Of a stretch of 28,173 nucleotides of DNA, positions 17,446 to 26,584 are shown piece after piece. The DNA lies in the IMG/VR virus record IMGVR_UViG_3300012953_000162, positions 1-28,173 of that record. The stretch is one strand, 5' to 3'. Below the pieces are notes generated by a model. The model did no database searches, had not been told where the DNA came from, and saw only the letters and a list, made by a program, of their open reading frames with translations. The position numbers and the translations under genes are program-made. Numbering within the stretch: position 1 is the stretch's first letter; each line of letters begins with the position of its first letter. Source of the stretch: a virus (Duplodnaviria > Caudoviricetes).

Positions 17446-18662
17446 GCACTAAATTAAGAATTAATCAAACAGATGCAGAAAAAACGTTCAAAACTGGCTT
17501 TGAAACAGGTGGTATAGAAACTGGCTTCGAAGCGATTGATATACCACAAAATTTTGAAATCCCTCCTTGTGGTATCGAAGATGTCGATCGTGCTGTCTTT
17601 GATCTTTTCAATAAAGATTTACCTCTATATTTTGAAAAGAGTGGCGAAATGACTCGCATCCCGTGTGTCTTCGCCGGCGGAGAAAGAGCTTTGTTGTTGC
17701 GAAAGAAAGAACCTCTGCGAGATAGACAGGGTGCTTTAATTTTACCTTTGGTGTCTATTTTAAGAAATGGCATCGACCAGAGTGCAGAAAAAGCAATATC
17801 AACTGGTACGGGTACAGTGACGCTAAAGAAAAGATTAGCTCCTGAAGACAGAGAATATAAAAGACTAACAAATCAAAACGGCTTGCGCAATCAAGGCAAT
17901 ACGGTGAATTCAGCTACAGGGAGCAATTTATCTTTAGCTCTTACTAGTAAGAACGTATATGAAGTGATTTCTATGCCAAATCCTAGATTCTTCACTGCGA
18001 CGTATGAGATAACATTCTGGGCACAATACTTGCAACAGATGAACAATATTATAGAAGCGTTCATCACGTCATATAATAATCAAACGGCAAGATCTTTCAG
18101 GATTGAGTCGCCAAAAGGGTATTGGTTCGTGGCAAGAGTTGAATCAGGTCTTTCTGATTCTAACAACTTTGACTCTTACGTAGATGACGAAAGGGTTATC
18201 AAAACGTCAGTAACTGTAGAGGTGACTGGATACATTATCAATCCTCAATACCCAGGTGCGCCCACGCCTTTTCGAAGATATGTCAGTGCACCAAAAGTCC
18301 AGTTTGAAACATCGGCAGAAGTACCTCCTGCCGTGCCGTCATCGAACATTCCGTCTGGAAACCCTGAAGACTATGTGTTTGAAGATTTCGATGAAAACAA
18401 TCTGCCAATCCCAGGCAGAGGCGTAGCACAAGTAAGCACAGTCGGATCAGACTATGCTGTTAATGTTGGAGGTATGTTAGCTACTAGTGACAAAAATGGA
18501 AGGAAAATGCTAGCGAATGTTGGCACGAACTTACCTACCCCCCAAGAAACCGTACGATTGACAGACCCATTCACTGGAAAGCCTTCAAAAGCTACGGTGA
18601 AAGCGAAAAATTTAGCGAAGGGCGAAGCAGTGTACATAATAATTGAAACTTTGACCCAATAA
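17442..18662 (+). CDS. Tail terminator/completion protein (T4 gp15-like)
   Basis: IPCVFAGGER, LILPLVSI, MPNPRFFTATYEITFWAQYLQQMNNIIE; lies between neck and sheath genes. Confidence 0.68.
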   Translation: MSTKLRINQTDAEKTFKTGFETGGIETGFEAIDIPQNFEIPPCGIEDVDRAVFDLFNKDLPLYFEKSGEMTRIPCVFAGGERALLLRKKEPLRDRQGALILPLVSILRNGIDQSAEKAISTGTGTVTLKKRLAPEDREYKRLTNQNGLRNQGNTVNSATGSNLSLALTSKNVYEVISMPNPRFFTATYEITFWAQYLQQMNNIIEAFITSYNNQTARSFRIESPKGYWFVARVESGLSDSNNFDSYVDDERVIKTSVTVEVTGYIINPQYPGAPTPFRRYVSAPKVQFETSAEVPPAVPSSNIPSGNPEDYVFEDFDENNLPIPGRGVAQVSTVGSDYAVNVGGMLATSDKNGRKMLANVGTNLPTPQETVRLTDPFTGKPSKATVKAKNLAKGEAVYIIIETLTQ

Positions 18663-18666
18663 CGAC

Positions 18667-18677
18667 ATAATTATCAA
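18667..18677 (+). promoter_or_regulatory. Candidate late promoter ATAATTATCAA before sheath 1
   Basis: Member of the recurrent ATA(A/C/G)TTA motif, 36 nt before the ATG. Confidence 0.55.
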
Positions 18678-18702
18678 CAGAATTATAATAAGGAGACCTA
18701 TA

Positions 18703-21700
18703 ATGGCTGAAAACACATTCAAATCACCCGGCTTCTTCGAGCAAGAAATCGAGTTGACAGCAGAAAAGCAGGAACCGACTGGGGTACCAGCTGGTATCAT
18801 AGGAGCGGCCCAAATGGGACCCGCGTTCGTACCATTGACATTAGGTACATTCACAGACTTTGAAAATAGATTTGGAACTCTAACTCCAGAAAAGTTTGCA
18901 CCATACGCTGTAAGAGAATGGCTAAAGAATAGACAATCTGTAACTTTCATGAGAGTCCTCGGAGCTGGAGCAAACTCTACATCTGCAGACTTTACAAAAA
19001 CAAGACAGTATGGATCTGCTAAAAATGCTGGTTTCAAAGCGATCGACAAAGGATCACAAACAGACAGTAAATACATAGGAGCCACCCAGTTCTTGACTGC
19101 GAACCATGTTATATCTGCAAACTCAGATATTGGTTTTCCAATCTTTACAGACAACCAAACTTGGTCAAGTACGACATCTGAAGGAACTGGCACTCCAACA
19201 GTCGATGAGATAAATGTTTGTAGAGCAATGATCTTAAATGCTTCTGGATCATTCTTTCAGTTATTAGCTCATGATCAGACTACTACCTACAACGACAACC
19301 TCGGTTGCGCTACTAACGTTAATAGTTCAAACGAATTCAAGATGAAGTTGGTACTTGGAGATGGAACAGCTGCAGAACTATCTTCTTTCGGCAATGACGC
19401 TTCTACTACCTTTGCCTCAGATTCTAGACCAAACAAGATCTTCACGGTATCTTTAGATCCTGACAATGTAAACTACATCGGTAAAGTGTTGAATACAGAT
19501 CCAAAGAAGTTTCAAGAAGAAGGACATATCCTTTGGTTAGACTTTGCAATCGAGCATGAATTAGCACCTGTAGCCACCGGCGCTGGCGAAAACAACGTGT
19601 ATTTATCTAGAGGGGCTGACAACGATACTGGCCTTTCAGACACTTTCACTTCTAGTTTCTCTGGAGTCAAGTGGAGAGATGTTTTCGGCTGGTTCAATGC
19701 GAGGTATCAAGCCCCGAAAACTACTGCATTCATCTCACAACCTTTTGGAAATGTAGAATACGACTTATTCCACTTCGAGTGCATGTCAGATGGTGCTGTT
19801 GCAAATAACGAATTTAAAGTCAGTATTTCTAACATAAAGAAATCAACTGATCCAAATTACCCATACGGAACATTCAACGTTCAAGTTCGAAAGTTTGCTG
19901 ATTCTGATTTCCAACCACAAATCTTAGAGACTTTCGTAGAGTGTAGTTTAGATCCAGCTTCAGAAAGCTTTATCGCTAGAAAAATTGGAGATAAAAAAGT
20001 TATCTTCGACTTTGATGCAGATCTTGAAGATGAAAGAAGACTAGTTATTTCTGGTCGCTATCCAAATCAATCGCTTAATATTAGAGTCGTGATGAACGAT
20101 GCTGTATATCGGGGGGAAGTTCCTAAAGAAGCGGTTCCGTTTGGCTTCCACGGTATACCCGTAACGAATATTTATGGCCACCTTGCAAATGCAACGGCTG
20201 GAGCAGCATATCTGCCGCCGATGCCTTATGTTTTCAAGGCTACAAAAGGCCTGATAAAAAGTGAAGGCTATTCTTTCTTAGGAGATGCCGGAGACAATGA
20301 AAGATCTGATGCAAGAATCTACTTTGGAGTTAAGACTACTCGAATTGTCGACAATACTGTAGCATCAAACGGACTACTACAGCCAAATCTCTCTGGGCTG
20401 TCGTCTGATTTGGTAAAAGCGTACACTAAGTTCCAAGGCATCCCTGGCGGAACAGTCGACATTGGAACAAAGACATCTGGAACTTGGGGAACTGCTTCAC
20501 AAACAGGCGCTGATGACTTTAATGACAATAAGTTCACATTGGCACGAGTTGCTTTCGGAGTTGACACTACTGACTTGACTAAACCAGCCGCAACAACAGC
20601 AAATCCAACACCTTCAATATACGACGATGCAACTAACTTTGGTTCTTCTACTGCACTTATGAAAAGTGCATGCTATATTAGAAACGGTACTCCTGATCCG
20701 AGCGACTATACGATAGCAGATAGATTCGATACTTCCAACTACGGAAATCGACCTACTTTTGCATCTATTATACATGACCACAGGGCCAACAACTTCAATA
20801 AGTTTTCTAAGTATATGAAATTCACCAATGTATTCCACGGTGGATGGGACGGCCTCAATGTTCTTGATGGTGACATAGAAGACTTAAATGATAAATCAGC
20901 TTCAACTGAGTCTGGTGGAAAAGCTGCACTTACAACTGGCGGCTTAGGACTACAAGGAACTAAAGACGGTGATTCAGCATCATTGATCATGAGCGGCTTG
21001 GGCAAAGACAACAACGTAATATCTTCGTACCGACAATCAATCAAGATCATGACAGACCCAATGGCTGTAAAGCATAACATTCTTACAATCCCAGGAGTTA
21101 GAGATCCTTACGTGACTGACTTTGCTGCAGGCTTAGTGAGAGATTACTCTATGGCAATGTATGTGATGGATATTCCAAACTACAATGGCGATCAGATTCG
21201 AATCTTTGATACTGGATCTCGTCCAGATGTTGAATATACAGCTAATTCTTTAGAAGGAAGAGCTATTAACAACAACTACGTTGCTTCATACTTCCCAGAT
21301 GTATTCATCACTGATCCGATCAACAATCGAAGAGTACTTGTTCCTGCATCCGTAGCGGCGATTGGAGCGTTAAGCTATAACGACAACGTAAGTTATCCTT
21401 GGTTCGCACCTGCTGGTTTTAATAGAGGTGCTCTCGACTTCGTAGAGAACGTAAGAACTAGACTTTCAGTAAGTGATAGAGACGATTTGTATGAAAGACG
21501 AATTAATCCAATCGCAAACTTCCCTAACGGCGGTTTTGTGATCTTTGGCCAGAAAACAATGCAGATCAATCAATCAGCGTTGGATAGAGTCAATGTAAGA
21601 AGACTGTTGCTTGAAGTTAAGCGACAAGTGAGCGAAGTTGCGAATGTTGTGCTGTTCGAGATGAATAACGCTCAAACCCGTGCACGTTTTGTAAATCTGG

Positions 21701-21897
21701 TCCAACCAAGGTTGGCGTTAATTCAAGCACAAGCGGGAATTGAAAAATTCCGAGTGATCTGCGATGATACAAATAATACGCCTCAGGACGCAGAAGAAAA
21801 TAAATTAAATGGTAAGATCGTACTGATACCGACAAGAACAATCGAATTTATTGCGATTGACTTCATCGTAACAAATGCTGGAGTTTCTTTCGAGTAA
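18703..21897 (+). CDS. Tail sheath protein, paralog 1 (T4 gp18-like)
   Basis: SPGFFEQEIELT...GPAFVP...FG N-terminus; PWFAPAGFNRG, INPIANFP, FGQKT...SALDRVNVRRLL, PTRTIEFIAIDF C-terminus. Confidence 0.95.
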   Translation: MAENTFKSPGFFEQEIELTAEKQEPTGVPAGIIGAAQMGPAFVPLTLGTFTDFENRFGTLTPEKFAPYAVREWLKNRQSVTFMRVLGAGANSTSADFTKTRQYGSAKNAGFKAIDKGSQTDSKYIGATQFLTANHVISANSDIGFPIFTDNQTWSSTTSEGTGTPTVDEINVCRAMILNASGSFFQLLAHDQTTTYNDNLGCATNVNSSNEFKMKLVLGDGTAAELSSFGNDASTTFASDSRPNKIFTVSLDPDNVNYIGKVLNTDPKKFQEEGHILWLDFAIEHELAPVATGAGENNVYLSRGADNDTGLSDTFTSSFSGVKWRDVFGWFNARYQAPKTTAFISQPFGNVEYDLFHFECMSDGAVANNEFKVSISNIKKSTDPNYPYGTFNVQVRKFADSDFQPQILETFVECSLDPASESFIARKIGDKKVIFDFDADLEDERRLVISGRYPNQSLNIRVVMNDAVYRGEVPKEAVPFGFHGIPVTNIYGHLANATAGAAYLPPMPYVFKATKGLIKSEGYSFLGDAGDNERSDARIYFGVKTTRIVDNTVASNGLLQPNLSGLSSDLVKAYTKFQGIPGGTVDIGTKTSGTWGTASQTGADDFNDNKFTLARVAFGVDTTDLTKPAATTANPTPSIYDDATNFGSSTALMKSACYIRNGTPDPSDYTIADRFDTSNYGNRPTFASIIHDHRANNFNKFSKYMKFTNVFHGGWDGLNVLDGDIEDLNDKSASTESGGKAALTTGGLGLQGTKDGDSASLIMSGLGKDNNVISSYRQSIKIMTDPMAVKHNILTIPGVRDPYVTDFAAGLVRDYSMAMYVMDIPNYNGDQIRIFDTGSRPDVEYTANSLEGRAINNNYVASYFPDVFITDPINNRRVLVPASVAAIGALSYNDNVSYPWFAPAGFNRGALDFVENVRTRLSVSDRDDLYERRINPIANFPNGGFVIFGQKTMQINQSALDRVNVRRLLLEVKRQVSEVANVVLFEMNNAQTRARFVNLVQPRLALIQAQAGIEKFRVICDDTNNTPQDAEENKLNGKIVLIPTRTIEFIAIDFIVTNAGVSFE

Positions 21898-21898
21898 G

Positions 21899-21909
21899 AT
21901 ACTTATCAA
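21899..21909 (+). promoter_or_regulatory. Candidate late promoter ATACTTATCAA before sheath 2
   Basis: 10/11 match to the element before sheath 1; 43 nt before the ATG. Confidence 0.55.
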
Positions 21910-21941
21910 TAACGAATAAACAACAATTTAGGAGCTAAAAA

Positions 21942-24900
21942 ATGGCAGAAGTAGTAATAGGAAGCCCCGGCGTAACCACGAGAGAGTTAGATCTCTCGGC
22001 CCCCGGAGTTGTGCGACCACAAGGCATCCCGGCCGGAGTTATTGGAACTTCGCAGAAAGGACCAGCTTTCGTCCCTGTGAATTTCGCTACTGTAAATGAC
22101 TTTGCAAATCTGTTCGGTGCAACAGAAGGCAAGCATTTCGGGGCGATGGCAGTGAACGAATGGATGCGAACATCTCGGAGCGGTATATTTATCAGAACTC
22201 TTGGAGTTGGCGATGCAAAAAAAGCTGACTCTTATGGAGTCACAACAAATGCAGGATTCGTAGTTGGATCTAAAATGAGGGACAAAGACAATGTAGCGGG
22301 TGCTGCTCAAGAAACGGATGGTGCAGCTTACGGTCTGCTTGCAAACCCTTATGCAGGTGACGCAGTACCAGATGCAATAACAAAAACAGTTTCAGAAGCT
22401 GGTACAGTAGCTGTCACTCATGATGCAGAGGAAGCGGTTATAATCACAGTCGAAGATGGTGCAGATAATGATCCATCAGCTGCATTCGCAGGTACGGAAC
22501 GTGATGATTTCGACGGATATTATGCGGTGGTTCAGAACCAGCAGGACAGTCTTGCTCACGTATTTTTCTTGTCGTCACAATCAGGACGATCACTGAATAC
22601 TGCAACAGTGGGTAGAGTCGTAAAAGACGGTACATATACTGTCAAAGACTTTTCGTCAATAGCAGGAAGCAATGGAGTACTCCAAACAGTTCACATTGTA
22701 GATATATCTGCACAAGGAACTGCTAACGCAGTTGCAACTACATTAGCGGCCGCCATCAATGGAGTCACTGGTCTTACTTCTTCAGCAACGACCAATAGTG
22801 TTTCTATTACTCAGGGTGCTGAAGGAGCAGGTACATTCACAAGGCTCACCGGAGCTACAGGGGTTACCACTGTTGAAGCATACGACAGAGATGATGTTGT
22901 AGCGTCTGCACAAGTTCCTGTAAGTGCTTCTACTGCAATTGGTGTTACAGCTGTTTCCGGTGTCAACACGACCATGACGCTTACAGCGGATGCTACAGAT
23001 CAAATAGCAGTTGGTTCAACTATCGTTGTACGTACACCGGATGGGGTTAATCACACGATTACTGTTGTTGCTTCTGGTGGTGACGACACAGCCGATTTTG
23101 ATCAGCCGGCCGCAGGAAATGCAACAGCAACAGCAATTGCAACTTGTATGCATAAAATATCTGGAGTTTCAGCAGTTGCATCCAGTGCTGATGTTGCTGT
23201 AACCCTCACAGCTGGCACAAATGGTCAAGTGTTGCCTACAGTTACGATCACAGAAAATTCTCCTGGTGCTCCAATGGGAAGAACACACTTCCTTGGGTGT
23301 AAGATGAAAGTTGCCAACAATGATCAAGACTATCTTGGAATTGCAGCTGCTTCAACCGAGAATATCTTGCGTGGAGTGATTATGTTCGCTTCAGGTGTTA
23401 TTCCAGGGCTTTATCTAGGATCTAATATTGGCTCAAGTGATATGCCGGCATCATCATACGGTGGCGTATATGCATCAGGTAAAGATCAGGGTGATAGGAA
23501 AGGAGACTTAGATGCATCTGGCATATTCAAGATGGTACTCAATGGTTTCACTAACACTACAAACTACAATGCGCACTTGACTGGTTCATTCGATCCAACA
23601 TCTCCAATCTATTTCCCAAGAGTTCTTAATACTGATCCAACTAAGATACAGGAGCGTGGACATTACCTATACGCACACTACGATGTTCCTGCAGGTTTAG
23701 CTATCCATACTGGTACTACTGATTCTGTTTTCTTGACACCTGGTGCACACGACCACAATAGTGGTGATTGGGCAACAGCTAGCAGTACTTACCAGCCAAC
23801 ATACGAAAACTGGAAACAAAAGTTCACGCATGCTAGCACACCTTGGATTATGTCACAAACTCTTGGAACTGCGCCAAAGAAACTCTTTAAGTTTCATATG
23901 TTAGACGCAGGTTCTTCTGGCCAAGGTCAAGTCAAGATCTCTATCGCTAACATTCAGAAATCAACTGATCCTAAAAGTGCATACGGAAAGTTCGATGTAC
24001 AAATTCGAAGAGTTAACGATTTAGATTCAGCACCGGTTATTCTTCAATCTTTCTCCGGTGTGAACTTAAATCCTTCATCTGATCGTTACATTGCAAGAGT
24101 GATTGGTGACCAAAACACTTTCTACGAATTTGAAAAGAACCCGGGCAAGCAAAAGCTAGTCACAGAAGGCTTGTATCCAAATAAATCTCAATATGTGAGA
24201 GTACAAGTTGTAGACCAAGTTGAGTCTGGCGCAATGGAAGCAACTGCATTACCAATCGCATTTGCTGGAAAACATCACTTAGTACTCAATGGAGATTCTC
24301 TTGCCGGTGACGCTGGTGCTTCATACGTCGCTGGAGCTATTGAATTAAAAGAGCCTCCACTACCATTTAGACAAAGTGTCTCTATCGGTCAAGGAAATAC
24401 CAAAGTTGTAGATCCTCGATTCTACTGGGGCCTTCAAATCCAGAATGTTCGAGATAGAAACGAGAGAAACCGAGGAACAGGCATTACTTCTTTAGCTGAG
24501 AATCTTACAAAGCATTTTCCAACTGTTGGTGAGTATCCTCAATGGGTAGGAGACAATAGAAATGCTGCACAAGGCTCAGGATCTGCAGATTTGAATGCTG
24601 ATACATACAATAACAACTTCTTCTCACTAGAGAGAATCTTGGTGCGCTGCAAAAACAGTGATACTGCTAATGCAGTTGATCCTAAAATGTGGCACGAAGC
24701 GATCTATGTTAGGGACGGAAATGCTGACTTCTATCAACCGGATGGTGCATCACTTTGGGAGTCTGTTGAAACTGGATCTGGTGAAAATGACAAACATAAA
24801 GACGCAGCGAACCACTATCGTTATCTAGACGTTGCAAAAGACTTTGCAGAATCTGCTTCTAAAAGGTTCTATAAGTTCACTGTGCCAATGCAAGGTGGGT

Positions 24901-25889
24901 TTGACGGATTAGACATCTTCGACAAAGACAAGTCTGATATGAGCAATCTTGCAGCCTTCCGTGAAATGTCATCGAATACATCTTCCACTCTTGGAGGTCC
25001 AGATGGACCAACAACAGCAGGCTTTAGAAAAGCGATTGACATTCTTGCAGAAAAATCTGATGTAGATATACAGTTATTAGCAATCCCAGGAATGAGAGAT
25101 GCTGGCATCACTGATTACGCTATTGACAAAACAGAGGAAAGGTTCGATGCTCTCTATATCATGGATATGCCTGCATACGATCATGACCTCAATCTTGTCA
25201 CATCAACAACTCAAGAAACTTCTGTTACAAACACAGCCCAAACTCTAGTTAATAGAAACTTGGATACTTCGTTTGCAGCAACATATTTCCCTGATCTTGT
25301 TGTGCAAGATGGAAACACTAATGTGGTTGCTCCATCTTCTGTAGCTGTCCTCGGTGCAATGAGCTTGAATGATTCTGTTGCTCATCCTTGGTACGCTCCA
25401 GCTGGTTTTGCTCGTGGAGCTTTGACTTCAACGATAGAAGCATCTGTTTTCTTGAACAGACCAAATATGGATGTGCTTTACAATGCTGACATCAACCCAA
25501 TCACTTCATTCCCTAACAGTGGCGAATCCGTCGTTATCTTCGGACAAAAAACTATGCTGCAAGCTCAGTCTGCTTTGGATAGAGTGAACGTAAGGCGACT
25601 TCTTATCGATGTCAGAAGAAAAGTGAGAACAGTGGCTAACACCATTCTTTTCGAACCAAACAGGGAAAGTACTCTTGCACGATTCAGTGCGTTAGTTAAT
25701 CCAATCTTAGGACGTATTCAGCAACAACAAGGTTTAGATAGATACAAAGTGGTTATCGATACTACTACTACGACCCAACAAGATGTTGAAAACAATACAA
25801 TCCGAGGAAAGATATTCCTTCAGCCTACAAGATCTGTCGAATTCATATCACTTGACTTCGTCGTGACAAATGCTGGTGCGGAAATCTAA
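21942..25889 (+). CDS. Tail sheath protein, paralog 2 (T4 gp18-like) with a large N-proximal insertion
   Basis: SPGVTTRELDLS...KGPAFVP; PWYAPAGFARG, INPITSFP, FGQKT...SALDRVNVRRLL, LFEPN, PTRSVEFISLDF. Confidence 0.95.
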   Translation: MAEVVIGSPGVTTRELDLSAPGVVRPQGIPAGVIGTSQKGPAFVPVNFATVNDFANLFGATEGKHFGAMAVNEWMRTSRSGIFIRTLGVGDAKKADSYGVTTNAGFVVGSKMRDKDNVAGAAQETDGAAYGLLANPYAGDAVPDAITKTVSEAGTVAVTHDAEEAVIITVEDGADNDPSAAFAGTERDDFDGYYAVVQNQQDSLAHVFFLSSQSGRSLNTATVGRVVKDGTYTVKDFSSIAGSNGVLQTVHIVDISAQGTANAVATTLAAAINGVTGLTSSATTNSVSITQGAEGAGTFTRLTGATGVTTVEAYDRDDVVASAQVPVSASTAIGVTAVSGVNTTMTLTADATDQIAVGSTIVVRTPDGVNHTITVVASGGDDTADFDQPAAGNATATAIATCMHKISGVSAVASSADVAVTLTAGTNGQVLPTVTITENSPGAPMGRTHFLGCKMKVANNDQDYLGIAAASTENILRGVIMFASGVIPGLYLGSNIGSSDMPASSYGGVYASGKDQGDRKGDLDASGIFKMVLNGFTNTTNYNAHLTGSFDPTSPIYFPRVLNTDPTKIQERGHYLYAHYDVPAGLAIHTGTTDSVFLTPGAHDHNSGDWATASSTYQPTYENWKQKFTHASTPWIMSQTLGTAPKKLFKFHMLDAGSSGQGQVKISIANIQKSTDPKSAYGKFDVQIRRVNDLDSAPVILQSFSGVNLNPSSDRYIARVIGDQNTFYEFEKNPGKQKLVTEGLYPNKSQYVRVQVVDQVESGAMEATALPIAFAGKHHLVLNGDSLAGDAGASYVAGAIELKEPPLPFRQSVSIGQGNTKVVDPRFYWGLQIQNVRDRNERNRGTGITSLAENLTKHFPTVGEYPQWVGDNRNAAQGSGSADLNADTYNNNFFSLERILVRCKNSDTANAVDPKMWHEAIYVRDGNADFYQPDGASLWESVETGSGENDKHKDAANHYRYLDVAKDFAESASKRFYKFTVPMQGGFDGLDIFDKDKSDMSNLAAFREMSSNTSSTLGGPDGPTTAGFRKAIDILAEKSDVDIQLLAIPGMRDAGITDYAIDKTEERFDALYIMDMPAYDHDLNLVTSTTQETSVTNTAQTLVNRNLDTSFAATYFPDLVVQDGNTNVVAPSSVAVLGAMSLNDSVAHPWYAPAGFARGALTSTIEASVFLNRPNMDVLYNADINPITSFPNSGESVVIFGQKTMLQAQSALDRVNVRRLLIDVRRKVRTVANTILFEPNRESTLARFSALVNPILGRIQQQQGLDRYKVVIDTTTTTQQDVENNTIRGKIFLQPTRSVEFISLDFVVTNAGAEI

Positions 25890-25897
25890 ATACGTCA

Positions 25898-25904
25898 ATA
25901 GTTA
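25898..25904 (+). promoter_or_regulatory. Candidate late promoter ATAGTTA before the tail tube gene
   Basis: Same motif, 39 nt before the ATG. Confidence 0.5.
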
Positions 25905-25936
25905 TTAAATGAATACAATTTATTAGGAGAAATAAA

Positions 25937-26425
25937 ATGGCAGAAACTTTATCAGTACAGGACATGTTGCCAAACAAGTTTGAACCAAAGCGAAAGAACC
26001 GATGGATCTTCGCTCTAGAGGGAATCGACTCTTTCTTAATCAAGACAGCTGCTCGCCCGAGTATCTCGATCGAAGAACAAACAATATCATATATGAATTC
26101 CAAACGTTATGTTGCAGGTTTGGCTTCTTTCGAAACGCTAGCAGTAACTCTCCACGATCCTATTGCGCCTTCTGGTGCACAACAGGTGATGGAATGGGTA
26201 CGTACCCACTTCGAATCTGTGTCAGGTCGTGCAGGATATGCTGACTTCTACAAGCGAGATTGTCAGCTAAAATTAGTCGACCCTGTCGGAACAGTTATTG
26301 AATTGTGGGACATCAAAGGTGCATTTTTAACGAATGCAGGATTCGGTGATGTTTCGTACGAAGATGGGGCTCCAATGGAGATCTCGCTTACTCTTCGTTT
26401 CGATAACTGCGTACTTCAATACTAA
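25937..26425 (+). CDS. Tail tube protein (gp19-like)
   Basis: 162 aa directly after the sheaths; FEPKRKNRW, RYVAG, MEWV, YKRDCQLKLVDPVG...WDIKGAF...LTLRFD. Confidence 0.9.
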   Translation: MAETLSVQDMLPNKFEPKRKNRWIFALEGIDSFLIKTAARPSISIEEQTISYMNSKRYVAGLASFETLAVTLHDPIAPSGAQQVMEWVRTHFESVSGRAGYADFYKRDCQLKLVDPVGTVIELWDIKGAFLTNAGFGDVSYEDGAPMEISLTLRFDNCVLQY

Positions 26426-26446
26426 TACAGGCATTCTTGTTCGCAA

Positions 26447-26486
26447 AAGGCGCAGAATCTTTCGAGGTTCTGCGCCTTATTTATTT
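26447..26486 (+). terminator. Intrinsic terminator after the tail tube gene
   Basis: AAGGCGCAGAATCT-TTCG-AGGTTCTGCGCCTT stem with a UUCG loop, followed by ATTTATTT. Confidence 0.85.
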
Positions 26487-26584
26487 CTACTTCATATAAT
26501 TAAAGGATGTTGATGTACAAACGTGATACACGGCATAAAATATAGTTAAGTTAATTTAATTCTTAGTTTTGTTATGGAGACAAT

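Noticed and set aside
17491-17531. Short direct repeat AAACTGGCTTYGAA
   Set aside because: Two copies of an in-frame TGFE peptide duplication; not a CRISPR array or att site.
8289-25930. AGGAGA rather than AGGAGG as evidence for an altered host anti-SD
   Set aside because: AGGAGA is common in AT-rich phages with a standard anti-SD (for example T7 gene 10).
18703-26425. Bacterial eCIS/tailocin rather than phage
   Set aside because: Terminase, portal, protease, scaffold and capsid genes are present, so this is a DNA-packaging phage.
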